Assembly: GCA_964489675.1 (NCBI GenBank)
Contig: CAZAZO010000002.1
Location: 1 to 26,036 of the forward strand
Reading direction: 5' to 3'
DNA from: Candidatus Woesearchaeota archaeon
Lineage (GTDB): Archaea; Nanobdellota; Nanobdellia; Pacearchaeales; GW2011-AR1
DNA: 26,036 nt
Shown here one piece after another: positions 23,683-26,036 of this stretch. The first letter of the stretch is position 1; the number at the start of each line of letters is the position of its first letter. Made by a program: the position numbers and the translations under genes. The notes below the pieces were generated by a model. It ran no database searches, was not told where the DNA came from, and saw nothing but the letters and a program-made list of their open reading frames with translations.

Positions 23683-25488
23683 ATGCCTAAAAAAATTATT
23701 CCAGTAGATTACACAAGTACAGACTTTGAGAAAATAAAGAGAGACCTGGTAAACTATGCAAAAAAATATTATCCAAATACATACAAAGATTTTAATGAAG
23801 CTTCATTCGGTTCTTTAATGACAGACTTAGTTGCGTATGTCGGTGATAATTTGTCTTTTTACTTAGATTACAATGCAAATGAATCTTTTTTAAATACGAG
23901 CTTGGAATACGATAATGTTATTGGTCACGCTCAACAATTAGGATACAAGCATCACCCATTCAGATCGTCGATTGGGGAAGTCGAAATTTTATTACCAATA
24001 CCTGCAGATGACGTTAATGTTGCACCAGACACTAGATATTTACCTAGAGTATCAAGAGGTACTTCTTTCGCCACACCTGGTGGTAGTGTCTTTACACTAA
24101 TAGATGACATAGAATTCTTAAATAGTGACTCAGAAATTGTAGCGAATCAGACTTCTGCAGATGGCTCAAAGGTTACTTACTATATCGTAAAGGCTACCGG
24201 ACGCGTTGTTTCTGGAGAGGAGAATCAGACAGTCATAGAAGTTGGAGATTATAAAAGATTTTTAAAGCTCCGAATTCCAGGATCGAATATATCAGATGTC
24301 ACATCAGTTGTGGATTCTGGTGGGAACGAATATTTTGAAGTAGATTATTTAAGTCAAAACACGGTCTATAGACCAATAATGTCTAGAACAAATATTTCGA
24401 ATGATGTGGACCCCACCGCGCCTGCTATAATGAAACCTTACCCTGTTCCAAGGCGTTTTGTAGTGGAGAGGAGTGGTGATGATGTGTATATTGTGTTCGG
24501 GTACGGATCGGAATCAGAACTAAAGGACAATTTGGTAGCAGATCCTTCGGAGGTAGTTTTAGATATCGCCGGAAAAAATTACGTTTCCGACACGAGCTTT
24601 GACCCAAGTAAACTAATGACAACGGATAAATTCGGAGTAACCCCAGTAAATACAAACTTGACAGTTACTTATCGAACAAACACAGTCGAAAACACAAATA
24701 CAGGTACAAACACCATAACAACAGTCGTTTCTCCTTTGGTAGAATTTAGGGATGTACAAGAATTAGAGACTGCAAAAATAAATTATATACTAGGAAACAT
24801 AGAGGTGACTAACCCTTCTCCAATTAATGGAGATATTACCACACCAACAACAGAAGAAATAAAAAGAAGAGCATCAGCGACATTCGCCATGCAAGGGAGA
24901 GCCGTCACTCTGCAAGACTATATATCAGCAACTTATGCAATGCCGGCCAATTTTGGCTCTATAAAGAGAGCCGCGGCCTACAGGGACAACGACGACTTTC
25001 GTAGGAATATGAATCTTTACGTTATAGGGGAAGATTCTAATAGTAAATTGCAGCGTTGTTCTATGTCTATTAAGCAAAATCTTAAGACATGGTTGAATTC
25101 CATAAGGATGATTAATGATAGTTTAGACATTTTAGATGCCACAATAATAAATTTAGGAGTAGAATTTACGGCCTTGTGCCCTCGGGATATAAATAAGAAC
25201 TCCGTATTTAATGAAGCAAAAGAAGAGATATTTTTAAGACTAAATGAAGTAAAGCCAGAAATAGGCGAACCATTTAATTTGACAGATATCTTTAAAATAT
25301 TGAAAGATGTGCAAGAGATAATAGATGTAACAGACATACGAATAACTTCGAAGTCGTCATCTAGTCATTCAAGTTTCCAATACAATGTGGATGCAAATAT
25401 GTCAGAAGAAGGAAGGATGATATATATACCAAAAAATTGCATTTGGGAATTGAAATTTAGAAACGATATAACAGGAACAATATTATAA
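23683..25488 (+). CDS. Baseplate wedge subunit, T4 gp6-like / baseplate J-like
   Basis: N-terminal YTSTDFEKIKRDLVNY...YKDFNEASFGSLMTDLVAYVGDNLSFYLD...ESFL and C-terminal QGRAVTLQDY are characteristic of gp6-like wedge proteins. The 601-aa length fits the T4 gp6 class. Confidence 0.85.
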   Translation: MPKKIIPVDYTSTDFEKIKRDLVNYAKKYYPNTYKDFNEASFGSLMTDLVAYVGDNLSFYLDYNANESFLNTSLEYDNVIGHAQQLGYKHHPFRSSIGEVEILLPIPADDVNVAPDTRYLPRVSRGTSFATPGGSVFTLIDDIEFLNSDSEIVANQTSADGSKVTYYIVKATGRVVSGEENQTVIEVGDYKRFLKLRIPGSNISDVTSVVDSGGNEYFEVDYLSQNTVYRPIMSRTNISNDVDPTAPAIMKPYPVPRRFVVERSGDDVYIVFGYGSESELKDNLVADPSEVVLDIAGKNYVSDTSFDPSKLMTTDKFGVTPVNTNLTVTYRTNTVENTNTGTNTITTVVSPLVEFRDVQELETAKINYILGNIEVTNPSPINGDITTPTTEEIKRRASATFAMQGRAVTLQDYISATYAMPANFGSIKRAAAYRDNDDFRRNMNLYVIGEDSNSKLQRCSMSIKQNLKTWLNSIRMINDSLDILDATIINLGVEFTALCPRDINKNSVFNEAKEEIFLRLNEVKPEIGEPFNLTDIFKILKDVQEIIDVTDIRITSKSSSSHSSFQYNVDANMSEEGRMIYIPKNCIWELKFRNDITGTIL

Positions 25489-26036
25489 TGTCAATAAAAA
25501 GATACTCAGCAACAAAAGACAATACAATTTCAAGTGCTTTTAAGATCAATTTATCAGATAAAGCTCTGACCTCCAACATGGGTTCTTCAGACATTTTGGA
25601 AGTTTTTTCTATCTTTGGACAAGCAAGTTCCACTTCTTTGGAACAATCTAGAATATTAGTAGCTTTTGAAATAGATAAGATATATTCTGATAGGCAAGCT
25701 GGAATTATACCTGCCTCTGGTTCTGCAAAATTTAAGTTAAAGATGTTTAATGCAGAACATAATCAGACGGTACCAGAGAGGATAACTTTAACCGCGATCC
25801 CCCTCGTAAAAGAGTGGAGCGAAGGCTCGGGTCTTGATATGGAAAGTTATTTGGACGTAGGGCCAAGTAGTTGGAACTCAGCTAGCACCGGTGTGGCATG
25901 GACAAACTCTGGTGGGGATTTCCTATCTTCTAGTTATATTGCTTCTTCTCCGGTTCCTTTGAGTTATACACAGTTTTTAGAATCAGGGTTAGAGAGTGTA
26001 GAAATAGACGCCACTGATATTGTTGAACAAATGCTT
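25488..26036 (+). CDS. Putative virion structural protein (DNRLRE-like beta-sandwich); 3'-truncated by the window edge and absent from the ORF track
   Basis: ATG 25488 overlaps the gp6-like stop (TAATG). The frame stays open for 183 codons to the edge: MSIKRYSATKDNTI...QSRILVAFEID...FKLKMFNA...EWSEGSG...AWTNSGGDF...EIDATDIVEQML. The SRIL-x-x-F, W-x-E-G, W-x-x-x-GGD and D-x-T-x-IV elements resemble DNRLRE/CBM96-type domains. Confidence 0.65.
   Translation, partial: MSIKRYSATKDNTISSAFKINLSDKALTSNMGSSDILEVFSIFGQASSTSLEQSRILVAFEIDKIYSDRQAGIIPASGSAKFKLKMFNAEHNQTVPERITLTAIPLVKEWSEGSGLDMESYLDVGPSSWNSASTGVAWTNSGGDFLSSSYIASSPVPLSYTQFLESGLESVEIDATDIVEQML

Larger units (their letters stand above)
1..26036 (+). 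mobile_element. Segment of a large myovirus-like (jumbo) bacteriophage genome: glycosylation cluster, sigma factor and baseplate module
   Basis: All credible ORFs are co-oriented and tightly packed (largest gap 57 nt). The window has gp25-like, T4 gp6-like and spike-like genes plus a stand-alone sigma-like gene, and no cellular housekeeping genes. Shine-Dalgarno-like motifs indicate bacterial translation. Confidence 0.85.

Noticed and set aside
814-25337. Numerous minus-strand and nested ORFs of 60-150 aa in the track
   Set aside because: All lie within longer plus-strand genes with recognisable motifs, have no domain signatures and look like antisense shadows of AT-rich coding DNA.
11744-25488. 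Bacterial extracellular contractile injection system (Afp/PVC-like) or T6SS locus, suggested by the LysM-spike-gp25-baseplate order
   Set aside because: The wedge protein looks T4 gp6-like, a phage-type sigma precedes the module, and no AAA+ ATPase, Afp-type tube/sheath or Tss membrane-complex genes are in the window. Not fully excludable without flanking sequence.
1-26036. tRNA, rRNA, CRISPR array, terminator hairpins, IS elements or stop-codon reassignment
   Set aside because: Intergenic gaps are at most 57 nt, with no cloverleaf, repeat-spacer or GC hairpin plus U-tract pattern. Genes are full length under the standard code and end in all three stop codons.

Overview
AT-rich, gene-dense segment with 22 ORFs, all on the + strand, most consistent with a large (jumbo-type) contractile-tailed bacteriophage genome. 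The left 9.3 kb is a glycan-biosynthesis cluster: a partial GT4, a GT-B/GT2 fusion, two tandem NodZ/GT23-like transferases, a split transketolase pair, a UDP-xylose-synthase-like SDR, a SAM methyltransferase, a WbuC-like cupin and gmd. Overlapping stop/start codons link this cluster without a break to small phage-type genes (including a zinc-ribbon protein) and a sigma-70-region-2/gp55-like sigma factor. A baseplate module follows: a possible small terminase, a possible OB-fold protein, a LysM-fused spike-like protein, a 3352-aa protein of unknown function, a gp25-like and a gp6-like wedge protein, and a partial ORF running off the right edge. Best candidates for undescribed biology: (i) a phage-encoded pathway for an unusual, possibly branched or methylated, deoxysugar, potentially for virion glycosylation; (ii) the giant protein sitting between spike and gp25. 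All product calls come from motif recognition by eye; no database search was run. No tRNA, rRNA, CRISPR array or IS element was seen.
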